Shown here piece by piece: positions 23,611 through 35,722 of a stretch of 64,000 bases of DNA. Numbering within the stretch: the first letter of the stretch is position 1; the number at the start of each line of letters is the position of its first letter. The notes under the pieces are model-generated. The model did no database searches. It was not told where the DNA came from and was given only the letters and a program-made list of their open reading frames with translations. Source of the stretch: Octopus sinensis (lineage: Eukaryota); contig NC_043002.1 in NCBI RefSeq assembly GCF_006345805.1, positions 1,922,001-1,986,000 on the forward strand. Direction: 5' to 3'. Made by a program: the position numbers and the translations under genes.

Positions 23611-25831
23611 ACGATAGAGAATACGGAGACTGGTGCATCGGCAAAATTTATTTTCTTTCATTTTGCAATGTCATACATCAGATTTTTATAGTTACGACCA
23701 ACCACACTTTTTTCCTCTGCACAGAGTACGGGCAGATGCATATACAACCGTGCATAATCTTCTGTACAGCTTCGTTCAAGATACAAACACGAAGGAATCT
23801 TGAGTGGAATTACTTAGTAGAAATAACGGCAGAAGCAATAGTGTGCTGAGCATTAGAAGTGAAGTGAACTACCTCAGGTGTACAATACTCAAAACACTGC
23901 AACGGAAAACTGTAGCCAGAGCCGCGGACATGCGGAAAGCCACAACGGAAGAAGGAAAAGCCCTAACAGTAACAGCCATACAATATATAATACTGCCAAA
24001 AGCAATAAGAATCTCAGAACTACTTTATGGTACAATGCTGGATTCGGGAAACAAATAATTTGCAGCATTCTGAAGCAGTTCTACACCGCAATCGAGAAGC
24101 ACTTTCCCAAGTCTGGTAAATACCATAGAATATTCAATACGCACCACGTCCGGATCGCCTTTTCCACTAGCCGTAACCCAGTGCAGATCATAGCAGCACG
24201 CCGCGCGAGAAGACTATCTTACCGCAGAATGACCGACGAAAATAGTGAACTAGACAAGAAAAACGACCCGATGAAGGGGCAGGAATAGTTAATAATAACA
24301 AAAGGGACTCGAACACTAACACAAACATCACACACAGAGTAGTGGAGGATGGTAATACAATAAGGGCCCGCAATCGAGGGAAGACAGCTTCAACACAAGC
24401 CTCTACCTCCACAAAGCATGGCGCGGGAATCACTAGAAATAGCAGCCCACAAATACCTATGAATAGAATGCTTAGTAAAATAGAATATCTATAAGAATGA
24501 GGACTGCTGAGACATATAGCAGGAACTACAACACAATAGATAATAAGAGCAGTGAATCAGATAAATTTCTGTAAATGTGCTAGAAATAAAGTATGCCCAT
24601 TAAGCACTAGATGTTTGACGACGAACCTTGTGTATCGATGTAAGATCATTTTTTGAAGGAAGGACGTACTTCTATATAGAGGCCAGCTCACTAAATTTCA
24701 AAAACAGATGAGCTAATCATTTAAATTCATTGAGAGATAGAAAGAAAATGAACAGCACGGGCTTGAGCAGACTAATTCGGCCCCTTAAGATAGGAACCAT
24801 AGCTTTACCACAGAGTGGGAGTTGATTAATACGGTTATAGATTTTGGAACAGGAGAAAATAGATGTGAGTTGTGTATAGAAGAAATGTACCAAATCTTTA
24901 GAACGAAACACAAATTACTGAATAGCAGGCTGGAACAAGCCTTAAGATGCTTACATCTTAAGAAAGTTAACACACGTTGTAGATAACTCAATATACAACA
25001 CACAGATGACTGGGAAAGAAAAGATAGAAGTACATGTCCTGAACTCCCCAATTACATGACCTTTTTCTTTAAATTAATTACTAAAATTAAATTTAATTAA
25101 TTACTTTAAATTAATACTAAAATCGCTTCTTTTTCAGAAATAAAACATTAAATTCATGACAGTAATGTAATTTTCTCGAAATGTTAATAATTTTAACAGC
25201 ATTTTATTAATATGTAGAGTACCATAGGGAGAAATGGGGGGAGATTTGTCACCATAAAATGTCACACTCTATAAAGGAATATATTATCTGATATATATTC
25301 CTTTTCCTTTCCACTACCCAACATAATAGATATATCAGCCACAAAAATATCTGAATAACTAAGAACATAACAGGGAAATGAACCGCCCTAAATTAAGATA
25401 TTTTACAAGGACTGTATTTGGAAGGAAGCTTATTAAATACCCATCCACTACAACACACAAAGAAGCCCGCCAAAACAATAACGCAAGCTTTGACCTAATT
25501 AGACAGGATCCTGACTTCGTCCAGCAACTGGGGTGAAACCGAGGTTAAGCCCACAAGTTTACAACAGATCAGATTCAAAACAACATCCCCTCACTTTCCT
25601 CTGAACCCTAAACAATAAACAACTATATTAATTCACTTCCCTTCGAGCCAACCTGGTTCAAATACCCAGGACAAAGTTGTACAGGCAATTATGCCCGGTT
25701 GCATATGCAAATGCCCATACTCAATACAGTTGAAACGTGTGTAGATCGTCGAAACCATAAAAATATGAAATAATAAAATAATAAAAGGAAATAAAGTTTT
25801 AAGATAGACCAGTCTCCATATTCTCTATCGT
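23611..25831 (+). mobile_element. Old Penelope-like element of a second lineage (linker plus GIY-YIG relic) with ~145-bp inverted ends
   Basis: LWYNAGF..IEKHFPKSGKYHRIFNTHHVRIAFS (about 24020-24170). Across stops and frameshifts follow CKC..VCPL..CLTTNLVYRC..FKNR..HLNSLR..STGLS..EWELI..CELCIEE..LLNSRLEQ..C.H (about 24570-24985). Arms 23611-23758 and 25688-25831 are roughly 70% identical inverted repeats. Confidence 0.75.
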
Positions 25832-25842
25832 CATATTTATTG

Positions 25843-25890
<48 letters not shown>

Positions 25891-25894
<4 letters not shown>

Positions 25895-26150
25895 TAATCC
25901 AAACAAGAAAACAAAAACAACAACGCAAGGACGTGGAACAAATAAAGTATTATTGGACCCTCAGGAAAGAAGGGAAGAAGGAGGGTTTGACGTTTCGAGC
26001 GGAGCTCTTCGTCGGAAACATAGGAGAAGGAAAGATCCCGAGAAGGAAAGATCCCGAGAAGGGAAGACAGGGGAAAAAATCGCTAGGGATACAGACGAGG
26101 TCACATACTAAAAGACGGAAGTAGTAAAAGTAGAAGAATAATGTTTTTTA
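25891..26150 (-). mobile_element. Short non-coding PLE-terminus-like repeat with hammerhead
   Basis: Ends at (TA)n 25848-25890 and contains a 16-bp tandem duplication agaaggaaagatcccg (26025-26056). Confidence 0.6.
25985..26019 (-). ncRNA. Minimal type I hammerhead motif, core CCGACGA(A)
   Basis: Minus strand: gttt CCGACGAA GAGC tcc GCTC GAAA CG TC aaac. Stem I 4 bp, stem II 4 bp, palindrome ACGT, triplet GUC. Confidence 0.7.
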
Positions 26151-26199
26151 AAAGACAGGAGAGCTATATCAAAGACAGTATGGTAAAGAAAGTGAGGGG

Positions 26200-27219
26200 G
26201 GGATGTGTGTGGGTGTAGTGCGTGCGGGGAGGTCAGCGTGTGCGCGTGTGTATGTGTGTGTGCAATGATGACACGTGTGTGTGCGTGCGTGTGTGTGTGC
26301 GTGCGTGTGTGTGTGTGTGTATGGCGAACAACTGGCTAGCAGGCTAGTAGTAAGAATTAAGGAGTGGTGTTTTGGGTCCAATCGCAGGTCAAAAACAAAG
26401 AGGTTTGTGTGTGTGCGTGTATGTATATGTATCGTGTGTGCGTTTTGTTTGTAGTATGTGTGTGTTTTTGTGTGTATGCGTGGAGTTTGGGTGTTTGGCG
26501 AGTAACCGTGCTTAACTTAGTGTATGTGTGCGTATGTGCTTGTACGTGCGTCTGTGTGTATATATATGTATGTATAATTGTGTGCGTGTATGTATGTGTG
26601 TGCGTGTATCTATGGTTGTGTGCCATGTGTATGGGATGTATGCGTGGGTTCATTTGTGTGTGTGTGTGTGTGTGTATGTATGTGCGTGTAGTTGTGTGTG
26701 CGTGTATGTGTGCGTTTGTATGTGTGTGTGTGTAAGCGTGCGTATATGGATGTATATGCGTGTATCTGTGATGTTGTGAGTTTTTTCGCGCGTGTGCCTG
26801 CGTATGTGTGCGCATGTTTTGGTGTGTGTATGTATGTGTGTGTCTGTGCTTATATGTGTGTACGTATGTGTATGTGTGTGTGTGTGTGTATGTATGTATG
26901 TGTGTGTGTGTGTATGTGTGTGTGTGTGTGTGTATGTATGTGTGTGTATGTATGTGTGTGTGTGTGTATGTGTGTGTGCGTGTATTGTATATATATGTAA
27001 ATGTGTGCGTGTGTGTGTACGTGCGTGGGGGTGAATGTATGTATATATGTGCGTGTGTGTACAAATGTAGGGGTTTATATGTGTGTATATATATGTATGC
27101 AAGCCCACACCTTATAATTGAAAGATTGATGGAAAAAAATTTTTTTTGGTGTGGGTGTATGTGAATCCACAGGCACACCCATACACACACTGGCGCACGC
27201 CTGCAATACAGCCAACCCC

Positions 27220-27250
<31 letters not shown>

Positions 27251-27822
27251 TGTATGTATGTATGTATGTATGTATGTATGTATGTATGTATGTATGTATG
27301 TATGTATGTATGTGTGTGTGTATGTGTGTGTATGTGTGTGTGTATGTGTGTGTATGTATGTATGTGTGTGTATGTATGTATGTATGTGTGAGTGTGTATG
27401 TGTGTATGTCTGTATGTATGTATGTCTGTATGTATGTATGTGTGTGTATGTGTGTATGTATGTATGTATGTATGTATTATGTATGTATGTATGTCTGTAT
27501 GTATGTATGTATGTATGTGTGTATGTATGTATGTATGTATGTATGCGTGTATGTGTGTAAGTGTGTGTGTGTGTATGTATGTATGTATGTATGTATGTGT
27601 GTGTGTGTATGTATGTATGTGTGCGTGCGTGTATGTGTGTGTGTATGTATATATGTATGTGTGCATGCGTGTATGTGTGTGTATGTATGTATGTATGTAT
27701 GTATGTATGTGTGTATGTATGTGTGTGTATGTGTGTATGTATGTATGTATGTATGAATGAATGTATGTGTGTACGTATGTATGTGTGTGTGTGTGAATGT
27801 ATGCGTGTGTGCGTGGGGTTTC

Positions 27823-27861
<39 letters not shown>

Positions 27862-27880
27862 GCACACACACACACACATA
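26200..27880. repeat. About 1.7-kb compound (TG)n/(TATG)n simple-repeat field
   Basis: Read directly; interrupted by short unique spacers. Confidence 0.95.
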
Positions 27881-28072
27881 GTGTCCTTGGTCTAGGTTTT
27901 GAATGCGAAAAAAATGTGAGACGACAATGAAGAGTAAAAAAGAAACCCCCCAATGAAAAATACACTTAATCTATATAAATGCTTTACTAAAACAATTGCA
28001 TGCAACATTCTAGTCTTGGTGTATGAGAGTCAAAAGCGTGCGCGACCATAATTGTTTTGTATAACCCGTCAG

Positions 28073-28193
28073 ATGGGTTGGAAAGAAGAAAAACATGATT
28101 CATGCTTCATTGAGAAACGATGTCACTTATGTGTGCATTATCATTCTATTGAAGGCATGAACTTTGATACACGCAATAGTTTATGCTTAGCAG
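28073..28193 (+). other. Candidate coding exon, Cys/His-rich
   Basis: ttttgtataacccgtcag| acceptor and GCAG|gtatgt donor. One open frame, MGWKEEKHDSCFIEKRCHLCVHYHSIEGMNFDTRNSLCLA; no recognised homology. Confidence 0.25.
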
Positions 28194-29076
28194 GTATGTA
28201 CAGGTGTATTCCTTGTCATGGGCCTTTGTCTGCTTAAATTTATTTCGAACTAAGGTTGGTTGTGAGGTTATGATGAATGTCCTTGCCAAATTGGAATCGG
28301 ACCATGGTTTTCATCCTTATGAACGCGTGCAACGTAACCACCCAGTTATACATTCACTATTAATATAAATATATTTACATAACAGACAATGGCATTCGCT
28401 TTACGAAATAGTTTATAAGAGTGTGACATTTTATGGTGATAAATCTTCCCCACTTCTCCCTATCATACTCCACATATTAATAAAATGCCGTTAAAAATTA
28501 TTAACATTTCGAGAAAATTACTTTACTGTCGTTTTATTTCTTATGTTTTATTTACTTATGTTTTATTTCTGAAAAGGAAGCGATTTTAGTATTAATTTCA
28601 TGGATACGTCAAGTGCTTCAAATATATTACAATATTATAGCTTTTAGCATAAGTTTGGTATACATCACATTAACATGATCCAGTATATTATATTATTAAG
28701 AGCATTGTATATTGTTTTTCTATTAATATCTATTATGTTATCATTGATATTCCATCACATATCATATTACAATTAATGTATTTTACTTCAGAAACATGGT
28801 GGCATTAATATCCACACGCCAGAAATCGAACTCTGAAAAATGACTCAATGAATTATTCCGGTACTTTATCTTTCAAATCGAAATGGTCTCCAGTAATAAT
28901 CCAGTAATAGCGAAGAAAAATGCGTTTTCGTTCGACGTTTACATTCCCATGAATAATTATCAAGAATTAATACGATTTTATAATGCTAAACCACTTGATA
29001 ATATTTCTGGTGGTTTCAAATTCTTCTGAGAACAACACTTTTAATTACTTTTGCATACATACATATAATTACTTAA

Positions 29077-29125
<49 letters not shown>

Positions 29126-30001
29126 GTGTGTGTGTGTGTGTGTGTAGCATATAGATGAACGGTTAAGATGTTTTACTTTGCAACTAGGATGTTCTCGGTT
29201 TGAGCCATTTGAGTGGAATTTGATGCGTGAATATTGGCATTGAAATAAGGAATAAAGAAACTGGGTGGAGATCCGTCGCTCTGATTCCGCATTGAAATTG
29301 CATTAACACTATATCTGTCTATGGAATATTCAGCCACTTGCGTTGTTATTCAATAAGAATGTCTGTCAGAACATATGACTACTCATTTCTTTAATACATT
29401 TATTATTGGGTCTACTTAAATGATTTTTTTCCTATTCTAAAACGGCCTCCTGCATTTAGAAAGTCGAATATAAACATATTCTTGAAAACAATACATTGTA
29501 TTATTATATTGCACTTCACTCTTCCAAAAGGGGTTTATTAGATATAAGATGTAACCTGCAGAGTTTAATAGCTTAAATAATAAAAGAAGAGAAATCGAAG
29601 AAGGAAATATTGAACAGTAATCAGAAATTAGGGAGGAAATTAGACGGGAAGGTTGAGGAAGTATCACAAATTAATATGTAGAAGGAGGAAGTTCCAAAAG
29701 ATGTCAGTAAGACCAAGAAATTGTCAAACATTTGATAAAAGACTGCAGGCTAGGAGGAAACAAATCTAAGTTATGTTATCGATGTTCGTTTTATAGGCTC
29801 GGTATGTATACTGACATTGTATGACGAATTGGAAATTTCATTTCACCAGTTCAAAATGAGCGAGAAGCTGGATTCTTTTTATATAATTAAACGTCCGAAA
29901 AATACAGTTAGACATTGATATATAACGTGGATAATTAATGGCTATTTATGTCGACAGAGATGTGGGTTTACATTCATAGACAAATGTATACACCCACGTG
30001 C

Positions 30002-30051
<50 letters not shown>

Positions 30052-30342
30052 TATATATCCATCGCTATATATTCTATGTATTCAGACAGATTCATAGACA
30101 CGTATACACCCACTTGCGTGTGTATTTCTTTAGCCAGTGCTGAGTCTTATGGAAAAAAATTGGTCAATTTAAATACCAAATTATATTGACCGTTTCCTCT
30201 GCTACATTTTCCTGATATATACACAAACCATTTCTTACTGATTACTTTTCTTCTATTTCTTCTTTCGTTTCCCTTTGTTTTACATTTGGCCTCTCTAATT
30301 AAACCCCTTCCACACTCTTTCTTTCTCTCCCCCAATCTCTCC

Positions 30343-30374
<32 letters not shown>

Positions 30375-30550
30375 GACGGTCGGTTTACTTATTAGACTCT
30401 CACCAACACCCTAAATATCTCTTCTTACTTGATTTGTCCATCGCACGTTGTTTCTTCCATTATTCTCATCTGAAAAACAACTTTTTTTCTATCTGTCTAT
30501 GTATCTAATCCCCCCTCTTTCTCCCCCTCTCCTTCTCTCTCTCTCACTCC

Positions 30551-30593
<43 letters not shown>

Positions 30594-30870
30594 CACTCAC
30601 AGACAAATAAAAATTGACGAGTGAAACGGGTAAAATTTAGGCTACAAATGCTTCTTTCTAAGGTGATCTTCTGATGTTGCCACTCAGCTGCCTACGAAAC
30701 ATATGTAGTCTATATTTTACCCGTTCTACTCAATTTGAACTCTTATTCGCAATTGTAGCAACTCTAGTTGCTAGCCGTGAGCTATAAAGATACTATTAGC
30801 TTATCGAATTTCTTGATAACTTCGATACCCATAAATTGGTATTGTTCCTTATTGTAGGCTATCCAATTTT

Positions 30871-30991
<121 letters not shown>

Positions 30992-31249
30992 TATAGTTAT
31001 AATCTGTGACCCTTTGGTTGACCACTAATTCAAGATACCCATAAAAACCGCGTATCTCTGGAATCCGTGGTCCAATTTACGCGAAACTTCTGTTATTCCA
31101 TGTGTATTCCCATTTCAATGTTATCTTACTTTGAAAGCATTTTCCCCAGTATACGCCGGTTTGGCTGTTTATATAGATACCCGAAAAACCGCGTATTTCG
31201 GTAATTCGTGGACCAATGTACGCAAAATGTGTTATTCCGTTTGTATTCA

Positions 31250-31420
31250 CATGAATATCCGACTCATGACGTCTCTTGCTTTTGTCTCTTTCCCTCTGTT
31301 TCGCCAGATGCTCAGCTCTCCGACGTACGATTCCTGATCTCTCCTACTTCTATCTCTTTTCTTCTCTTCTGCCAGACGCTCAGCCCTTACTTTATCAGTC
31401 TCGTCGACCCTTATCTTCGC
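31250..31420 (-). mobile_element. Charged peptide repeats resembling a Helitron RepHel N-terminus
   Basis: ETDKVRAERLAEEKKRDRSRRDQES, then after a frameshift RAEHLAKQRERDKSKRRHES; similar in style to the ETEHQREVRRL segment at 39.6 kb. Confidence 0.35.
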
Positions 31421-31720
31421 ATGCTTGCACCGATCGTGGGTAAATATTTCGTAAAGGACCCGTTCGAACTGCGGCGTGAAATAATTTCTCCATAGATTTT
31501 TTCGAGTACATTCACCGTATCTCACTTCCAAACCCACCGCAAGCCACTTTCTTACGGAAAAGAAAGGAGGAGGGGTTGTGGGAACCTCGGAGTGTCTTGG
31601 GGAACTCTGAATTTCCCATCAACGGAGTTTTGTTTCGTGTTTTTTTTCTCTTCCAGGTTATTGCGCATGCTTCCAACGAATGACATCAAAATCACGCGTA
31701 AGTGGCTTTCTTCAGAAAAG

Positions 31721-31827
31721 GAAATATTTGGCTGCTACTTCTTCCACGCCCTGCTACCACGTAACAGCTATTGTAAATAGCTGTTACGTGGTAGCAGAGC
31801 CTGCTAGAAATAGCAGCCACATCTTTC
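31721..31827. repeat. 52-bp-arm foldback hairpin with a perfect 22-bp centre
   Basis: ctgctaccacgtaacagctatt-gta-aatagctgttacgtggtagcag (31751-31797); the outer 30 bp match 23/30. Confidence 0.9.
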
Positions 31828-32380
31828 GACGTGAGCTACGTTGAATGCACTCGAAAAAATCCAATGGAATTGAATGATTTCACACTGAGGTTACGAACGG
31901 GTCGTTTACGAAATATTTACCTTATTTTTAAAGTAATTTTTACTTTAGAATACATTTGAGATATGACAAAAACGTTTTAGTAACGGTATTCACTTGAAAA
32001 TAATTTATAAAAATATTAAAATATCGTCCGTTTAAAGGAAGTTAAAATATAAGTAATTCCTGTACAAACAACTTAGATTTTTGAAATCACATTCACTTAA
32101 AAATATTTCTAAATGATTAAAATATTGTTTTTAACAAAAACGAAAACAGAAACATTTACTGTAAAAAACGGATCGTATTTTTTTGTTAGTAAGTTAAAGT
32201 CACTAAAGCTTTTGGCCATCATAATGTGTCTAATCGAAAGGTTAGAGTTTCTTCCCTTTGAGGGTTAAGTTAGTTTTGGAGTATTTTCCCATTATGCACC
32301 GTTTCGGGTATTTATACCCCACAAAACAAGTTTAGCGATTTACGTGACACTTGTTTTTTTCCGTTTGTATTCACATTTCA

Positions 32381-33960
32381 GGGGAACTTAATTCATTGCC
32401 AAAGAATTATCGAGATACAGAATCGACATAGCAGCTCGACCGGCTGTGGAAGGGTCACTGATATGACCCAGGATGCGACTACACTTTCTTCTGGAAAGGC
32501 AATCCCCGCCCCCCATGAGAACAGAATACACGGAGCTAGATTCACCATCAATTCCAGTCTCTTGAAACAGATTCCCAGCCTTCTCACAGGCGTAAATGAA
32601 AGGCTTATGAAGTTTCGCCACCCTGTCAACAACAAACGCTTCACCAGCCTCAACGAGAGATCACGCCACCACGATGACGTGCACAGATGAGATTAGAGAG
32701 TAGTCTTATGCGGACCTTGTCACTGTGATACATACTATGCCTGCCAGCGACAGCTTTGTAATTTCAGGAGGGAACCTCAACGCCAGAGTTGGCAGGGACA
32801 AAGAACAGCGGAGAGGAGTTGTAGGGAAGCATGGAGCTGGGAAAATGAGTGGCAATGGCCTTCTGATGATGCACAACAAACGCTGAGCACATCCTGCTAA
32901 TTACCAACACTATTTTGCTGCAAGCTGTAAGTGATAAGCCATCAAGGATGCATCCGCGTTCGAAACAGTGGCATCTCATTGACTACATTATCACCCGGCA
33001 ACGTGATAGCAGTGATGTCCTCATCACAAGAGCAATGCCTGGAGCGAAGTGCTGGACGGAGCACAAAATGATAAGAGCCAAGCTCAACATCAGCATAGTT
33101 TCCCAGTACCACAAGAGCCCAAAGCTCATTAGACTGACCTTCAACATTGCCAGACATCTTCCAGCCAAATACCAGCAGGAGTTCCAGTTCAACTTTGATG
33201 TCAAGTTCGAGGCGATAGGACTGCAAACTGGTGGAGCAAATGAAAAAAAAGAGGAACCAGTCCAAAGATGTCGTCACAAAGACAGCTAAATCAGTTCAAG
33301 GTCCAAATGAAAAGTTTCATCGGAACTGGTTTTAATGACGAGGCTGTACAGATAATATAGGATGATAAGAGAAAGGCTTACACTGAATGGCGGAATCAGC
33401 CAAACAGCTCCTCCCGGCGTCACAGATGCAGGGACTGTCAAACCAAAACCTAGAGAAAATTTGGCAGCATGCAAGGCAGATGGTAGGAGCATAAACCTGA
33501 AGAAGTATAGCACTACGCCGACATCAACAACTCCATGATGATGTACAGTACCATCAAAACCATCTACGGCCCTTCCAAAAAAGTAGAAAAAACCCTCCTG
33601 ATGCCTGCTGATGGCCAAACTATCGTCAAAGACAAAGAAAGAATCAAGGCAAGATGGGAGAAACACTTCAACATACTTCTAAACCGACTCCGAGAGCAGA
33701 TGGAATTCCTGCAGAACTGTACAAGGTGCTTGAAACCACGGCCTTCAATGCATTTCGCGACAGTGACCAACCAAGAGTGCTGGACAGAGCTGGTTCAACA
33801 ACAATTGAGTCAATGTTACAGAAGGCCCAGTAATGCTCGACAGACCACGTCCTCAAAATGACTGACAAGCGTGTACCCATACAGCTGTTGTACGGCGAGC
33901 TCACGCAGAGCCCAAACGAAGAAGGCCTACACTGAGGTACAAGGTACATCACTGTATATA
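32381..33960 (+). mobile_element. RTE-clade LINE relic, APE domain plus short RT C-terminus, large internal deletion
   Basis: KELSRYRIDIAA, HGARFTINSSLLKQIP..GVNERLMKFR, NLNARVG, HPRSKQWHLIDYIITRQRD..DVLITRAM..WTEH, ARWEKHFNILLN, then KRVPIQLLYGEL; many frameshifts. Confidence 0.85.
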
Positions 33961-34150
33961 TGCATCTCTGAAAAGAAGAATATATATATATGCATATCAC
34001 CACTATGAACCACTGCATCATACTCTCTAAACATATAGCATGAACGAACTCACTTCACTATATATGAACTTTTGATGTCTGACTCTATTGTATATTATAA
34101 ATGAATTTTTTATATTTGATAGCATGAACTATCTTTTTTTATATATAACT

Positions 34151-34195
34151 TTTTTTGATAAGGTTCATCATTTCAAGAACCGAAACATGTTATAA
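34151..34195 (+). ncRNA. Minimal hammerhead motif, U3:A8 core, weak stem I
   Basis: tttt TTGATAA GGTTC atcatttcaa GAACC GAAA CATG TT ataa. Stem II 5 bp, palindrome ACATGT, triplet GUU; stem I 3 of 4 pairs. Confidence 0.55.
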
Positions 34196-34299
34196 TGTAT
34201 ATATAAAAATTAAAAATTTGTCTAATATAGCAGCATATTCGAACTTCATTTTTTACAAATATATACCCACTCGTATACGAGCTAATCTTATTATAAATA

Positions 34300-34470
34300 T
34301 ATATATATATATATATTGAAAAAATAGTCAAGATAGAAAATGCTAAAATAATTTTATAACAATCATTTCAGTACCGGTTTCAGTCATTGAGACTTTTTGA
34401 ACAGTAACAATTAAATAATTAAATTTAGAAAAATTAAAAGAAAATTTTTTTAAAAGAATATTTGTATAGT
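34300..34470 (-). mobile_element. 3' end of a PLE related to the 20.9-23.3 kb element, with decayed hammerhead (34366-34406)
   Basis: Minus strand TTCAAAA AGTC tcaat GACT GAAA CCGG TA. The terminus ..cttgactatttttcaatatat resembles ..ctttactattttcttatatat of the young PLE. Confidence 0.55.
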
Positions 34471-34562
34471 GTTAAAATATAAGTGGCATTTTCCTTGTTT
34501 CTGCCTTTCTCTGTCTCTCTTGTTTACTCTTGTGGGTTCGAGGTCGTTGTGAATTCTTGGTA

Positions 34563-34617
34563 GAAGAAGAAGAAGAAGAAGAAGAAGAAGAAGAAGAAGA
34601 AGAAGAAGAAGAAGAAA
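34563..34617. repeat. (GAA)n microsatellite
   Basis: Read directly. Confidence 0.95.
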
Positions 34618-35435
34618 AGGGAGGAGGAGGGGAATAATAGTAATTCGGGAGCGCCATGATAGAAGTATTTTGAATGGTCAGTGGATGGTAGCAGTTGCTG
34701 TTCAATTCATGAAAATATTTCTTTTGCATGTTTTGTTTATAGAATTTGCGTAGAATTTGTTATTCTAAAAAGCATGAGTGATAAAGTTAGGAAGGAGAAG
34801 AAGATATTTGCGTATGTATTTGTGTTATATATATACAGAGAGAGAGAGAGGGGGGGACGTGTATGCAGTGATGCACCGATGTACACGAGAACGAGTTAGT
34901 AAAATTCGCTGAAAAGCATTTTATCTGAAGTACGTCAACATGAAATCTTGAAAGCACACATCTAAAAGGATATAAATTACTGTATGGAGTATATTGTTTT
35001 TAAATTCTGAACAAGAAAGACAATTAGGCAGGAACCAATTCACACCAAAACTATAGCAGTAGAATTTCTTCGACGAAGTTGAATCTTTTTTCAATTAAAG
35101 TCTTTAAACACGTGTCAAGGACCCAAGGATGGTGTTAACAAAATAATGACTTGCCATATTGGAAAACAGCTTTAACTACAATAATTCCTTTTGGGGGATT
35201 CTTTACGATTTGAAAATTCATTATGCTTCGGCAAATTTACAGCAAAGTGTTTATGGAATGGGGGAAAATATATAAAACGGTCTCTAAACATACTTTATAT
35301 CTAGAGGATTCCATTCCAGGAAATCCAATTTATTCTTAATATCCTAAATGAAAGAGCATCTTGCACATTTTTAATAAATTGTTTCTAATAGTAGGACTCC
35401 GACTTGCATAACAGATTAATCTATGTTTCATATAT

Positions 35436-35722
35436 AAGGCGGGGAGCTGGAAGTGTCGTTAAGACGCCAGATAAAAGGCTTAGCGCTTTTCTTCTGGCTT
35501 TACGTCAGGTGGTGAGAATTGTTTACATACCGGAACAAATGCTTAGCGGCATTTCGTCCATCTTTACGTTTTGAGTTCAAATTCCGCCTAGGTAGACTTT
35601 GTCTTTCATTCTTTCTGGGACAATAGAAGCGGTACCAGTTTGAGCACAGGGGTTAATGTAATCAACTAAGTCCCTTCCCCACCCCCGAAACTGCTGGTTT
35701 TGTGCCAAATTTTAAAACTAAT
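35436..35722 (+). mobile_element. SINE family A with duplicated head
   Basis: aaggcggggagctgg...cttagcg...ctttacgt, then caggtggtgag...gcttagcggcatttcgtcc...gagttcaaattccgcc...gtctttcattctttc. Confidence 0.8.

Noticed and set aside
26357-27965. Long HT/VC/YI-rich ORFs up to 277 aa
   Set aside because: Translations of TG/TATG microsatellites, which lack stop codons in several frames.
30671-30710. CTGATGT..GAAA CATATG TA inside the small inverted repeat
   Set aside because: The palindromic stem III is present, but A9, stem II and stem I fail.
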